20,000 nt of DNA from an uncultured virus (IMG/VR IMGVR_UViG_3300010885_087985) (Duplodnaviria > Heunggongvirae > Uroviricota > Caudoviricetes). Positions within the stretch are counted from its first letter, which is position 1. Each line of letters begins with the position of its first letter. The notes beneath the pieces were generated by a model. The model did not search any database. It was not told the origin of the DNA and worked only from the letters and a program-made list of their open reading frames with translations. The stretch lies in the IMG/VR virus record IMGVR_UViG_3300010885_087985. One strand, 5' to 3'. The position numbers and the translations under genes are program-made. Positions 1 to 7,120 of this stretch are shown in pieces.

Positions 1-2
1 AT

Positions 3-407
3 AAAGGAATTAAATTTGATTGCATAGACACCTGGCTCGGAAGTACGGAGCATATAGAAACCATGAAGAATCTTGGCAATGATTTGTTGTATAGTACTTT
101 TATAAACAACATGAAACCATTAGAAGACTACTATAGTGCCGTTAGAATGTCATCTGTGGACGCTAGCAAAACATATAAAAATGAATCTTTGGACTTTGTA
201 TTTATTGATGCCGCTCATGAATGCGAAAGGGTTAAAGAAGATATTGAAGCATGGTTCCCTAAAGTTAAAATAGGAGGATATTTAGCTGGACATGATTATG
301 ATTTTTATGCTCCTGATGTAGAAAAAGCAGTGAACGAATCCCCTCTTGTTCAACCTTTTACAGTGTCAGAATCGTGTTGGATACATCTAAAAATTAGAAA
401 GTCGTAG
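3..407 (+). CDS. Class I SAM-dependent methyltransferase (Methyltransf_24-like), 5' end outside window
   Basis: Frame is open from base 3 (KGIKFDCIDTWLGSTEH...) into the listed ORF; motifs IDTWLGS, LDFVFIDAAH, KVKIGGYLAGHDY typical of this family. Confidence 0.85.
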   Translation, partial: KGIKFDCIDTWLGSTEHIETMKNLGNDLLYSTFINNMKPLEDYYSAVRMSSVDASKTYKNESLDFVFIDAAHECERVKEDIEAWFPKVKIGGYLAGHDYDFYAPDVEKAVNESPLVQPFTVSESCWIHLKIRKS

Positions 408-423
408 AATAGAGTTTTTGTGT

Positions 424-451
424 TTGATTTTTAAATAAATTCTGGTAGAAT
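424..451 (+). promoter_or_regulatory. Putative sigma70-type promoter for the tRNA region
   Basis: TTGATT (424-429), 16 nt spacer, TGG-TAGAAT (extended -10, 443-451). Confidence 0.5.
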
Positions 452-528
452 CAGAATACCGCGAAGTGGCGAAACGCAAGGGAATTGCTCGTAATATCTT
501 TTAATTGTCTTGTATTCGCTGCTATTGT

Positions 529-550
529 GCCCCTATGGTGAAATTGGCAA
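529..550 (+). pseudogene. Orphan 5' fragment (acceptor strand and part of D-arm) of a disrupted tRNA-Leu(UAA)
   Basis: GCCCCTA-TG-GTG-AAATTGGCAA has tRNA-Leu 5' architecture; GCCCCTA (529-535) pairs 7/7 (one G.U) with TAGGGGT (1618-1624) of the 3' tRNA half. tRNA-like sequence stops at about 550. Confidence 0.75.
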
Positions 551-573
551 TGATGTGTAGCTTGGAAGTAAAT

Positions 574-648
574 GGCCCGGTAGCCCAATTGGCAGCAGGC
601 ACGACACTTAAAATGTCGCAAGTATCGGTTCGAATCCGATCCGGGCTA
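574..648 (+). tRNA. tRNA-Leu(UAA), intron-less, short variable loop, CCA not encoded
   Basis: Acceptor GGCCCGG/CCGGGCT, D-stem GCC/GGC, anticodon stem CGACA/TGTCG with loop CT-TAA-AA (anticodon 609-611), 5-nt variable loop CAAGT, T-arm ATCGG-TTCGAAT-CCGAT, discriminator A648. Confidence 0.93.
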
Positions 649-726
649 CTTAAAAAGCAGACATGATATTCTTTATTTTTGGTGTATACCTATTAGGTCA
701 CTACTCCCTTCAATAAAGGATTAAAA

Positions 727-1197
727 ATGAAAATATGTTTGAATTGCAATCAGTCATTCCCTGCTTATGCTATAGTAAATGGTAAACAAAAACAATTAAC
801 TTCAAGAACGTATTGTTTAAAATGTTCACCATTTGGTAATAGAAACACAAAAAGATTACATATGCCACCAAGAGATAAAAATAGCAAAAAAGAATGCACA
901 GAATGTGGCAAAGAGTTCAACTGGACAAAAAATAGTGTTTGTTCTACTTGTAGAAATTGGAAAAGTAGAAAGAATAATAGAAACAAAGCAATAAAATATT
1001 GTGGAGCAAAATGCTCTAAATGTGGTGTTAAAGATAATGAAGTATTAACTTTTCATCACAAAAACGAAAAGACAAAAAAATTTAATTTGTGTCAAAATTG
1101 GAATTGTGCATGGTCAATGATCTTATCAGAAATAAAAAAATGCGAACTACTTTGTGCTAATTGTCACATGAAACATCACAGAAAAGAAATGCTATGA
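727..1197 (+). CDS. Free-standing HNH endonuclease with N-terminal CxxC zinc-ribbon motifs
   Basis: C-terminal CSKCG...LTFHH...EIKKCELLCANCHMKHH is the typical phage HNH signature; four further CxxC pairs (CLNC, CLKC, CTEC, CSTC); SD AAAGGA upstream. Confidence 0.85.
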   Translation: MKICLNCNQSFPAYAIVNGKQKQLTSRTYCLKCSPFGNRNTKRLHMPPRDKNSKKECTECGKEFNWTKNSVCSTCRNWKSRKNNRNKAIKYCGAKCSKCGVKDNEVLTFHHKNEKTKKFNLCQNWNCAWSMILSEIKKCELLCANCHMKHHRKEML

Positions 1198-1380
1198 TTT
1201 TTGATCACTGGAGAATGAAATTGAAGGATATAGCGTTAGAAACGAAAAAGCAATAAGCGACATAATAAACTGTGTTGCAAAAGGCAAAAAAGACGATATA
1301 ATCAAGGGGATTGATGCCAGCTTATGCTATGGGGCATGAACAAGGTTATGATGTTGGATATTATGACGCTAATGAGACTT
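1194..1380 (+). pseudogene. Frameshifted remnant of a small (~60 aa) phage protein
   Basis: ATG overlaps the HNH stop (ATGA). With two opposite 1-nt shifts it reads MIFDHW/ENEIEGYSVRNEKAISDIINCVAKGKKDDIIK/GLMPAYAMGHEQGYDVGYYDANET, ending at the intron 5' splice site; no single frame is open throughout. Confidence 0.45.
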
Positions 1381-1576
1381 ATTTATTTGAGTGTTTAAGG
1401 AGAAATCTTTAAAATAGAACCTGTCAAATTCGGTGAAGGCTTAACTGCTAATACCGAGCCAAGCATAGAAATATGAAGGTGTAGAGACTTGACGGCAGGA
1501 ACCTAAAACATAAAGTTATGGTTAAGGTAAAGTCCAGACCACAAACAGAAATGGTAGTGAAAACTATAGTGGTAAG
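1381..1576 (+). ncRNA. Group I intron (IC3-like, cyanobacterial/plastid trnL(UAA) type), 196 nt, no internal ORF
   Basis: P1 ACTT|A with TGAGT (U1380.G1389 splice pair); P2 TTTAAGGA-GAAA-TCTTTAAA; P3 CCTGTC/GGCAGG; P4 TTCGGT/ACCGAG; R GTAGAGACTTGACGG (1481-1495); S AAGGTAAAGTCC (1524-1535); P9 region ACCAC/GTGGT with GAAA loops; terminal G1576 followed by exon AAAATCCGT. Confidence 0.92.
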
Positions 1577-1625
1577 AAAATCCGTTGCCTGCAAGGGCTT
1601 GTCGGTTCAAGTCCGACTAGGGGTA
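1577..1625 (+). pseudogene. 3' exon of tRNA-Leu(UAA) (class II, long variable arm), separated from its 5' end
   Basis: AAAA-TCCGT anticodon 3' side, variable arm GCCT-GCAA-GGGC, T-arm GTCGG-TTCAAGT-CCGAC, acceptor TAGGGGT, discriminator A1625. Only GACTT of the expected ACGGACTT 5' exon precedes the intron. Confidence 0.88.
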
Positions 1626-1654
1626 TTTTTTCTTGCCAATGTATTGGTATAATT

Positions 1655-1873
1655 ATGGAAAAACTAAAATTTTTAGCAGAAGAAATTTTTGAAGACATTG
1701 CTGGAGATCCGGATAACGTCATTCTGAAAATTCCTTCACAAATACTAGAACGTAATGGATGGAAAGAAGGAGATGAGCTAAACATTGAAGTTGAGGATGG
1801 CTCCATTGTAATTTCAAAAGCAACTGGAGTGGTTGAAGAGTTGCCTGTTCAAATTCCGCCTTCGGTAACTTAA
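1655..1873 (+). CDS. AbrB/MazE/SpoVT-family DNA-binding protein
   Basis: ILKIPSQILERNGWKEGDELNIEVEDGSIVISK matches the swapped-hairpin IP-x-I-x4-W-x2-GD-x-L-x-I pattern. Confidence 0.8.
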   Translation: MEKLKFLAEEIFEDIAGDPDNVILKIPSQILERNGWKEGDELNIEVEDGSIVISKATGVVEELPVQIPPSVT

Positions 1874-1882
1874 AAAAATATT

Positions 1883-2962
1883 ATGAGTGAAAAAATATTA
1901 ATAACCGGCATCGGTGGATTCTTAGGTCACCATTGTTTAAAGTATTTTCTTGATCATACTGATTATAATATAATTGGTTTGGATAGTTTCGTTCACAAGG
2001 GTACTTGTCAAAGAATTGAAACGGTCACAGGTCCTAATCCTCGTGTTAAAATTTTTAAACATGATCTAACTGTTCCAATAGACCGTCAATTAGAAAATTT
2101 GTTATTAGATAGAAAAATTGATAAGGCAGGCAATATTGTTGATGATAGAATTGATGCCATAATCAATATTGCAAGTGATAGTGCTGTAGAACGGTCTATA
2201 TCAAATCCGTCGCTTTGTTGGAAAAACAACTGCGATTTGATGCTCACAATTTTAGAGTTCGCCAGAATTGCCAAGCCAAAAATATTTATACAGGTATCTA
2301 GTGATGAAGTGTATGGTGAAGCCCAACCACTACCATCAAAAGGGCACGAAGAATGGTCAACTATAATGCCAAGTAATCCTTATGCGGCGTCAAAAGCCGC
2401 ACAGGAAGCATTGTGCATTAGTTATTTTAGGTCATATGACGTACCAATTGTAATCACAAACTGCATGAATCTTATAGGGGAATGCCAAGACCCTGAAAAG
2501 TTTATTCCAAAAATCATACAATGCGTAGCACAAGGTCACACTGTTCCCATTTACGGCGATGCAGACCAATCTGGAAGTCACACTGATTCTAATGGAGTGC
2601 GGTGGAATATTGGTAGTCGAGTTTATTTAGATGCTCTCAATAAAGCTGATGCACTAGTTTTTTTAACAAAACAAAAGGTTTCTAAATATTCACAAGGATT
2701 TAAGTCCCCAGACCGGTATAATATTTGTGGTACAGAATCTCTTGATAATTTAGAAATTGCAGTATTGATTTCAAATATAATGCAAAAGCAATTAAATTAT
2801 AAATTAGTAGCATGCGAAAGTGCTCGTGCGGGTTATGACAGACGATATGCTTTAGATGGATCTAAATTAGCGTCAAAAGGTTGGGTTGCACCAATACCAT
2901 TTGATAGTACAATTTTGAGAATAGTTAATTCAAGTTTAAAAAATGCTCAATGGATAATTTGA
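1883..2962 (+). CDS. NAD-dependent nucleotide-sugar dehydratase (dTDP-glucose 4,6-dehydratase/RfbB-like)
   Basis: ILITGIGGFLG Rossmann motif, ASDSAVERSI, VSSDEVYG, catalytic YAASK, PEKFIPK, RAGYDRRYALD. Confidence 0.88.
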   Translation: MSEKILITGIGGFLGHHCLKYFLDHTDYNIIGLDSFVHKGTCQRIETVTGPNPRVKIFKHDLTVPIDRQLENLLLDRKIDKAGNIVDDRIDAIINIASDSAVERSISNPSLCWKNNCDLMLTILEFARIAKPKIFIQVSSDEVYGEAQPLPSKGHEEWSTIMPSNPYAASKAAQEALCISYFRSYDVPIVITNCMNLIGECQDPEKFIPKIIQCVAQGHTVPIYGDADQSGSHTDSNGVRWNIGSRVYLDALNKADALVFLTKQKVSKYSQGFKSPDRYNICGTESLDNLEIAVLISNIMQKQLNYKLVACESARAGYDRRYALDGSKLASKGWVAPIPFDSTILRIVNSSLKNAQWII

Positions 2963-2967
2963 TTGTT

Positions 2968-3387
2968 TCATTCTTCTAATTGAACCTTGCTAACATTCCT
3001 TTGATTTCGCAAGGACTCCAGAAATAATTTTATATTTTTAAAACCATTTATTTTTATTTTAACAACATAAATATTTGAAGTCGAAGGCGTTACGCTTAAA
3101 ACAGTCGCACCATACTGATTGATCAATCCAGTCACATCATTGCTGCTAAGGTTTGTTGTATCCATTATTACTGTAATATTTGTGCTAGAAAAATTTCTAT
3201 ATGTGACAATAGATCCAGACGCTAGAAATAAGCATAGAGCACAAATAGCCGCAAAGTTGGATAAGGTGCGAAATCCACGATTATTTTGTAATGATCCCAT
3301 ATCAACAACAACATCATTATCAGGAGGCGTGCCGCTTCTTAAAGATTTTAGATATTTTGGCAACTCATTAATGGGCATAATTTTCAT
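2968..3387 (-). CDS. Hypothetical single-pass membrane protein with small alpha/beta C-terminal domain
   Basis: 139 aa, hydrophobic FAAICALCLFLASGSIV segment, AAAGG upstream of ATG. Confidence 0.6.
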   Translation of the reverse strand: MKIMPINELPKYLKSLRSGTPPDNDVVVDMGSLQNNRGFRTLSNFAAICALCLFLASGSIVTYRNFSSTNITVIMDTTNLSSNDVTGLINQYGATVLSVTPSTSNIYVVKIKINGFKNIKLFLESLRNQRNVSKVQLEE

Positions 3388-3426
3388 ATTAACCTTTTTT
3401 AATATTTAGGGCATAAGATCAAATTT

Positions 3427-4392
3427 TCATAAAATTCCATAGCGACTAATTATGAATTTACGCAAATTGATATCAAGAACTTCATTTACCCATAAAGGGT
3501 CTATATCGTATTTTAGAATTTTATCAATATATTGTTCCAAATGCTCATATCGAGATGCTCGATATAAACCGACTAAAAGTCCACTTTCAATGCGTGGGAA
3601 AGATGTCGTAAATCCGTAAAATTGATCGTAGACTTGCACATTAATCTCATCTTTTGTTAATAGCGATATGTAAGTGTGTAGGTACTCATCAGATGTAAAA
3701 AAGGGTATACCTAGTGTTCCATGAAAACCATAAGTTGGATATTGGTTACATTCCCTATCAAATAGATCATAATTCCAGCTTAAAGCTCCATTCTGTACTG
3801 CTAAGCCCAAAATTTCTGTACTAAATGTGCGGGCTAATTTGGCAGGAGCATATCTAACACCAAGACTCGTAAACAAATCATGGTAGCATATGCAAATACG
3901 AGTATCTTCAGGCTGCTGCGGATCAAAGACAACATCATCACTTAAACAAACATCAAGCAACAACCGGCTTCGTATGCTAAAGCCACCATTTCCAACATTA
4001 TGTCCTTTAATGCAACGATCAGAATGATACCCTGTATTAAACATACAGGCACCACATTCAAAGCACGCACCTATATAATCGTAGTACAGAAATTCATTGT
4101 TCCAACGTGAAGAGCACGCTGGCATTCCATCATATTGAACTATCATGAAGTGATTTCCCACCACATGTTTGCCCAACTCTTTTAATATAAATTTTGAATA
4201 ATCTTCACGATTTTTTAAACGATCTATTTTAAAAAAAATGCTACCAGGATAAAAATCTATGTCACTAAAAACATAAACTTTTTCACATCCTGTACACCTT
4301 ATAGTGTGATCCAAAACCAATTTACATAGTTCATGTTTAAACGTACTAACCATCACAATGGACAGTCCGTTTGTTTTACAGCTAGGATTCAC
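3427..4392 (-). CDS. DUF5672 family (glycosyltransferase-like) protein
   Basis: Motifs HFMIVQYDG, WNNEFLYYDYIGA, VGNGGFSIRS, PEDxxIC, ARTFSTE, YGFHG; GTG start uncertain. Confidence 0.82.
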   Translation of the reverse strand: MNPSCKTNGLSIVMVSTFKHELCKLVLDHTIRCTGCEKVYVFSDIDFYPGSIFFKIDRLKNREDYSKFILKELGKHVVGNHFMIVQYDGMPACSSRWNNEFLYYDYIGACFECGACMFNTGYHSDRCIKGHNVGNGGFSIRSRLLLDVCLSDDVVFDPQQPEDTRICICYHDLFTSLGVRYAPAKLARTFSTEILGLAVQNGALSWNYDLFDRECNQYPTYGFHGTLGIPFFTSDEYLHTYISLLTKDEINVQVYDQFYGFTTSFPRIESGLLVGLYRASRYEHLEQYIDKILKYDIDPLWVNEVLDINLRKFIISRYGIL

Positions 4393-4559
4393 TGTGTCGC
4401 TTTACAAAAAACCTACAAGGTATTTTCGCAGATCATAGGCATATTCAGAAACATCTGCAAGACCGCCTCAACATTCTTATTCACTAATGACATTCTAACA
4501 ATATATAGGATATTTCAAGCAATAGCTAGTGTAGATTAATTCACTATGGAGGGTCATCC

Positions 4560-4715
4560 ATGTTGCTTAAAAACATAATGCTTATTTTCACCAATAAAAA
4601 AGAAGAAGAAACAAAAGAAGCTAGAATAGAGCGAAAATATTTCAAATATTTAACGAAAAAAGCCGATAGGTCTACGAAAAAATATGGAGGATTTAATCAG
4701 AGCTTGGGGAGATAA
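4560..4715 (+). CDS. Putative 51-aa basic small protein (not in ORF track)
   Basis: GGAGG (4548-4552) 7 nt before ATG; MLLKNIMLIFTNKKEEETKEARIERKYFKYLTKKADRSTKKYGGFNQSLGR*; overlaps csrA 3' end on the opposite strand. Confidence 0.45.
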   Translation: MLLKNIMLIFTNKKEEETKEARIERKYFKYLTKKADRSTKKYGGFNQSLGR

Positions 4716-4869
4716 GTTCGCTTCTTAAAACGGTAATCTCCTTGTCTGCTTCAATTCCAATTCGAACTTTATTACGGTTGTCGATTCTGACAACCGTAAT
4801 TTTGATATCGTCCATATTTGGACCTCTCAATATTATCGTTTCGTCTTTTTTCCTGCTTAAAACCAACAT
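4693..4869 (-). CDS. csrA: Carbon storage regulator CsrA/RsmA RNA-binding protein (58 aa)
   Basis: MLVLSRKKDETI...IKITVVRI...KVRIGIEADKEITVLRSEL; start reassigned to ATG at 4869, which has SD AAAGGA. Confidence 0.92.
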   Translation of the reverse strand: MLVLSRKKDETIILRGPNMDDIKITVVRIDNRNKVRIGIEADKEITVLRSELISPSSD

Positions 4870-5019
4870 AAGTATCCTTTCTTTTCCTTGTTGTTCTGTC
4901 AAGTTAAATGAGTGCAATTTCTAAATAAATGCATAAATATTTCAAAATATTTAAAAATTTTTTTTGCCTATTTTAAAGCGTTTTTTGTGTATATTCCTGT
5001 AAATTCTTATGAGTATGAC

Positions 5020-5047
5020 TTTACAATCAGAATGCTTGGCGTATACT
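5020..5047 (+). promoter_or_regulatory. Putative sigma70-type promoter
   Basis: TTTACA (5020-5025), 16 nt spacer, TATACT (5042-5047). Confidence 0.55.
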
Positions 5048-5130
5048 TGTATGGAGACTTGTTCAGGACCTTTTAAGAATATCGCCGTTATTTTAAGGTC
5101 TTTTATTTTGCAGGCGTTAGGAGAGATGTC

Positions 5131-5625
5131 ATGTCGATGAAGAGTGTTTCTAATAGAGTAGAAAAGGAGTTGTCTAACACAGTCAAAGGCTTTGAAAACC
5201 TTTTTCAGGCAATGACTGAGTATGTTGAATCTGCGATGGATCGGCTTGTTGATACGTTTGAGAAGTGTGGCAATTTAGTTGAAAGCAAAACAATTAAATT
5301 GGCAAAGAAATCCACACAAACAAACCCAAAGAAGACTTCTAAGAAGTCTATTAAGCCATCCAAGAAGACTGCTGCTCCTAAAAAGGCTAGAAATGTTGGT
5401 GGTTTGAAAAAGAGTCTGTTAGACATTTTGCAAAATGAGAGTAATCCGCTTACAGAAGAATCCATTGCAAAGAAGCTGATGGAGAATCCTGAAAAGTATA
5501 AGTGGAATAAGAATGAAAGTACTCTTTACCAAACCCTAAGAAGGGCTGTAAAAGAGCAGTTGATTTCGGAGTCAGAAGATAGAAGTAAAGAGTCTAAAAC
5601 TTACAAAGCTAGCAAGGTTGCTTAA
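5131..5625 (+). CDS. Basic putative DNA-binding protein (Lys-rich linker, possible C-terminal winged helix)
   Basis: SD AGGAG; KKSTQTNPKKTSKKSIKPSKKTAAPKKAR linker followed by LKKSLLDIL..PLTEESIAKKL..TLYQTLRRAVKEQLI helix pattern. Confidence 0.6.
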   Translation: MSMKSVSNRVEKELSNTVKGFENLFQAMTEYVESAMDRLVDTFEKCGNLVESKTIKLAKKSTQTNPKKTSKKSIKPSKKTAAPKKARNVGGLKKSLLDILQNESNPLTEESIAKKLMENPEKYKWNKNESTLYQTLRRAVKEQLISESEDRSKESKTYKASKVA

Positions 5626-5639
5626 AGAAAGGATTTAAA

Positions 5640-6011
5640 ATGGATAATGCTAAAAAGCCGACGAAGGCATCTACTGCCAGAGCGTTCATGGAGAAAATAG
5701 GAGCTTTTCAAAAAGTACCACCAATAGGATGGGCGAAAAAAGTTGAAGATCACTTGGAGGAAAATGGATTTAAAACCTCACCTTCAGGTAAGATGCAAGT
5801 TTATTCCATTCGTTGGCAGGCGATGAAGGACAAACTTGGCGGCAGTAAGAAAGGCATTAAAGAAGCGTTCATTGAAAAAGCGAAAAAGAATCCCGGAAAT
5901 AAAGTTTCTGTTGGAGATCTTGCTTCTGCCAAGAAGTTTGCTTTTTCAAATGGTGGCATCACTAAGTGTATTGAAATTTTTAAGGCATTAGACTCTTTAA
6001 TTAATTCTTAA
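5640..6011 (+). CDS. Hypothetical basic protein
   Basis: SD AAAGGA; 123 aa; C-terminal DLASAKKFAFSNGGITKCIEIFKAL helix hairpin recalls small planctomycete proteins (from memory, unverified). Confidence 0.7.
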   Translation: MDNAKKPTKASTARAFMEKIGAFQKVPPIGWAKKVEDHLEENGFKTSPSGKMQVYSIRWQAMKDKLGGSKKGIKEAFIEKAKKNPGNKVSVGDLASAKKFAFSNGGITKCIEIFKALDSLINS

Positions 6012-6032
6012 AGATTCCTAGTTCTTATTATT

Positions 6033-6074
6033 GCAAGCCCGCTTGGAAGTTTTCAAGCGGGCTTGCGTCTTTTT
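6033..6074 (+). terminator. Intrinsic terminator
   Basis: Perfect 13-bp stem GCAAGCCCGCTTG/CAAGCGGGCTTGC (6033-6066) followed by GTCTTTTT. Confidence 0.8.
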
Positions 6075-6089
6075 CACAAGGCTGTGTAA

Positions 6090-6401
6090 ATGAGATATGC
6101 ATTCGATATAGATAATACTTTATTGCATACTGTTGGAAATGACTATGAAAAATCCACGCCTATACAGCATCGGATAGATCGAGTAAATCGTCTATTTGAT
6201 GAGGGGCATATCATTTATTTGTTTACGGCAAGAGGTATGGCTTCTGGTAGGAACCTATACCCACTAACAGAAAAACAAATAAATGACTTCGGCATTAAGA
6301 ACCATGGAATTATAATGGGCAAACCAGATGTTGATGTGTTCGTAGATGACAAGGCTATTTCTGCCCACGAATGGGATAAGCAGTGTGACAAGAGCATTTA
6401 G
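6090..6401 (+). CDS. Small HAD-superfamily phosphatase (capsule-biosynthesis phosphatase-like)
   Basis: Motif I FDIDNT, motif II FTARG, motifs III/IV GKP...FVDDK. Confidence 0.85.
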   Translation: MRYAFDIDNTLLHTVGNDYEKSTPIQHRIDRVNRLFDEGHIIYLFTARGMASGRNLYPLTEKQINDFGIKNHGIIMGKPDVDVFVDDKAISAHEWDKQCDKSI

Positions 6402-6403
6402 CA

Positions 6404-6432
6404 TTGACAAGTTGCCTTGTTTGCTGTAGTAT
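6404..6432 (+). promoter_or_regulatory. sigma70-type promoter
   Basis: TTGACA (6404-6409), 17 nt spacer, TAGTAT (6427-6432). Confidence 0.7.
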
Positions 6433-6501
6433 GTCTGGCACCGTGATTCACACGGTAGCTAATTGGACACGATTCCTAATATCTGAGAAATAGGAAGTAT
6501 A

Positions 6502-7071
6502 ATGCGCCTAGACCACATTGCATACAGAGTAAAAGACAGAAAAAAAACATCAGAATTTTTTATTGATGCTTTTGGCTATAAAGTTCAAACGGAATTCGAC
6601 ATAGACTTTCCAGACGGAAGCCAGGCAAAATGCATAGCATTAGAGCCTCCAGAAAAACCAAAAATTGAAACATTGCACTGGGTAATCAATCAGTATGTAG
6701 GAAACCCTTTCTTAGAGAACATTCAAAAAGAAATGTTTGCTCAATTCCACATGCCGCCAGAAATATTTATCTCCGATGGCACTCCAGATTCAATCGTTGG
6801 AAAGTGGGTCGAAAAAAGAGATAATGTTGGTGGGGTTCACCACATGGCTTATCAAGTACAAAGTGTTGAGAACACCATGAAGGAGTGGAAAGACAAAGGA
6901 TACGCAGAATTCGCATCAGAAAAACCTTTAACTTGTCCTGGACTAACGCAAGTTTTTACTCGTCCATCAAATTTAACAGGAGTAATTTTTGAATTCATAG
7001 AAAGAGGAGCCAAAGGATTTTGTGTGGCTAACGTTAAAGAATTAATGGAAAGCACAAAAGAAAACATTTAA
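6502..7071 (+). CDS. VOC/glyoxalase superfamily metalloenzyme
   Basis: LDHIAYRV, GGVHHMAYQV and FEFIER provide the His/His/Glu metal-ligand pattern of VOC proteins. Confidence 0.8.
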   Translation: MRLDHIAYRVKDRKKTSEFFIDAFGYKVQTEFDIDFPDGSQAKCIALEPPEKPKIETLHWVINQYVGNPFLENIQKEMFAQFHMPPEIFISDGTPDSIVGKWVEKRDNVGGVHHMAYQVQSVENTMKEWKDKGYAEFASEKPLTCPGLTQVFTRPSNLTGVIFEFIERGAKGFCVANVKELMESTKENI

Positions 7072-7120
7072 AAACAAAGTTGCCAACAAATAGACAAACC
7101 ATTTTATACAGGATGTAATT

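Noticed and set aside
727..1197. HNH as an intron-encoded ORF
   Set aside because: The intron's P1 and 5' splice site lie at 1377-1392, downstream of the HNH gene, so the gene is free-standing.
1365..1380. GACGCTAATGAGACTT as the missing D-stem/anticodon strand of the split tRNA
   Set aside because: Resembles GACGCTACGGACTT, but TGAGA pairs with TCCGT at only 2 of 5 positions and the sequence reads naturally as codons of the decayed ORF.
529..1625. tmRNA (tRNA-like ends enclosing a reading frame)
   Set aside because: No G3.U70 alanine determinant (C3-G70); the 3' half has a Leu-type variable arm and anticodon-stem strand; the interior is ~1 kb with a whole tRNA and HNH gene.
1655..1873. MazEF-type toxin-antitoxin pair
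   Set aside because: No adjacent toxin gene; the next gene is a sugar dehydratase.
4870..4917. N-terminal extension of CsrA in the ORF track
   Set aside because: CsrA family begins at MLVL and the SD lies directly before ATG 4869.
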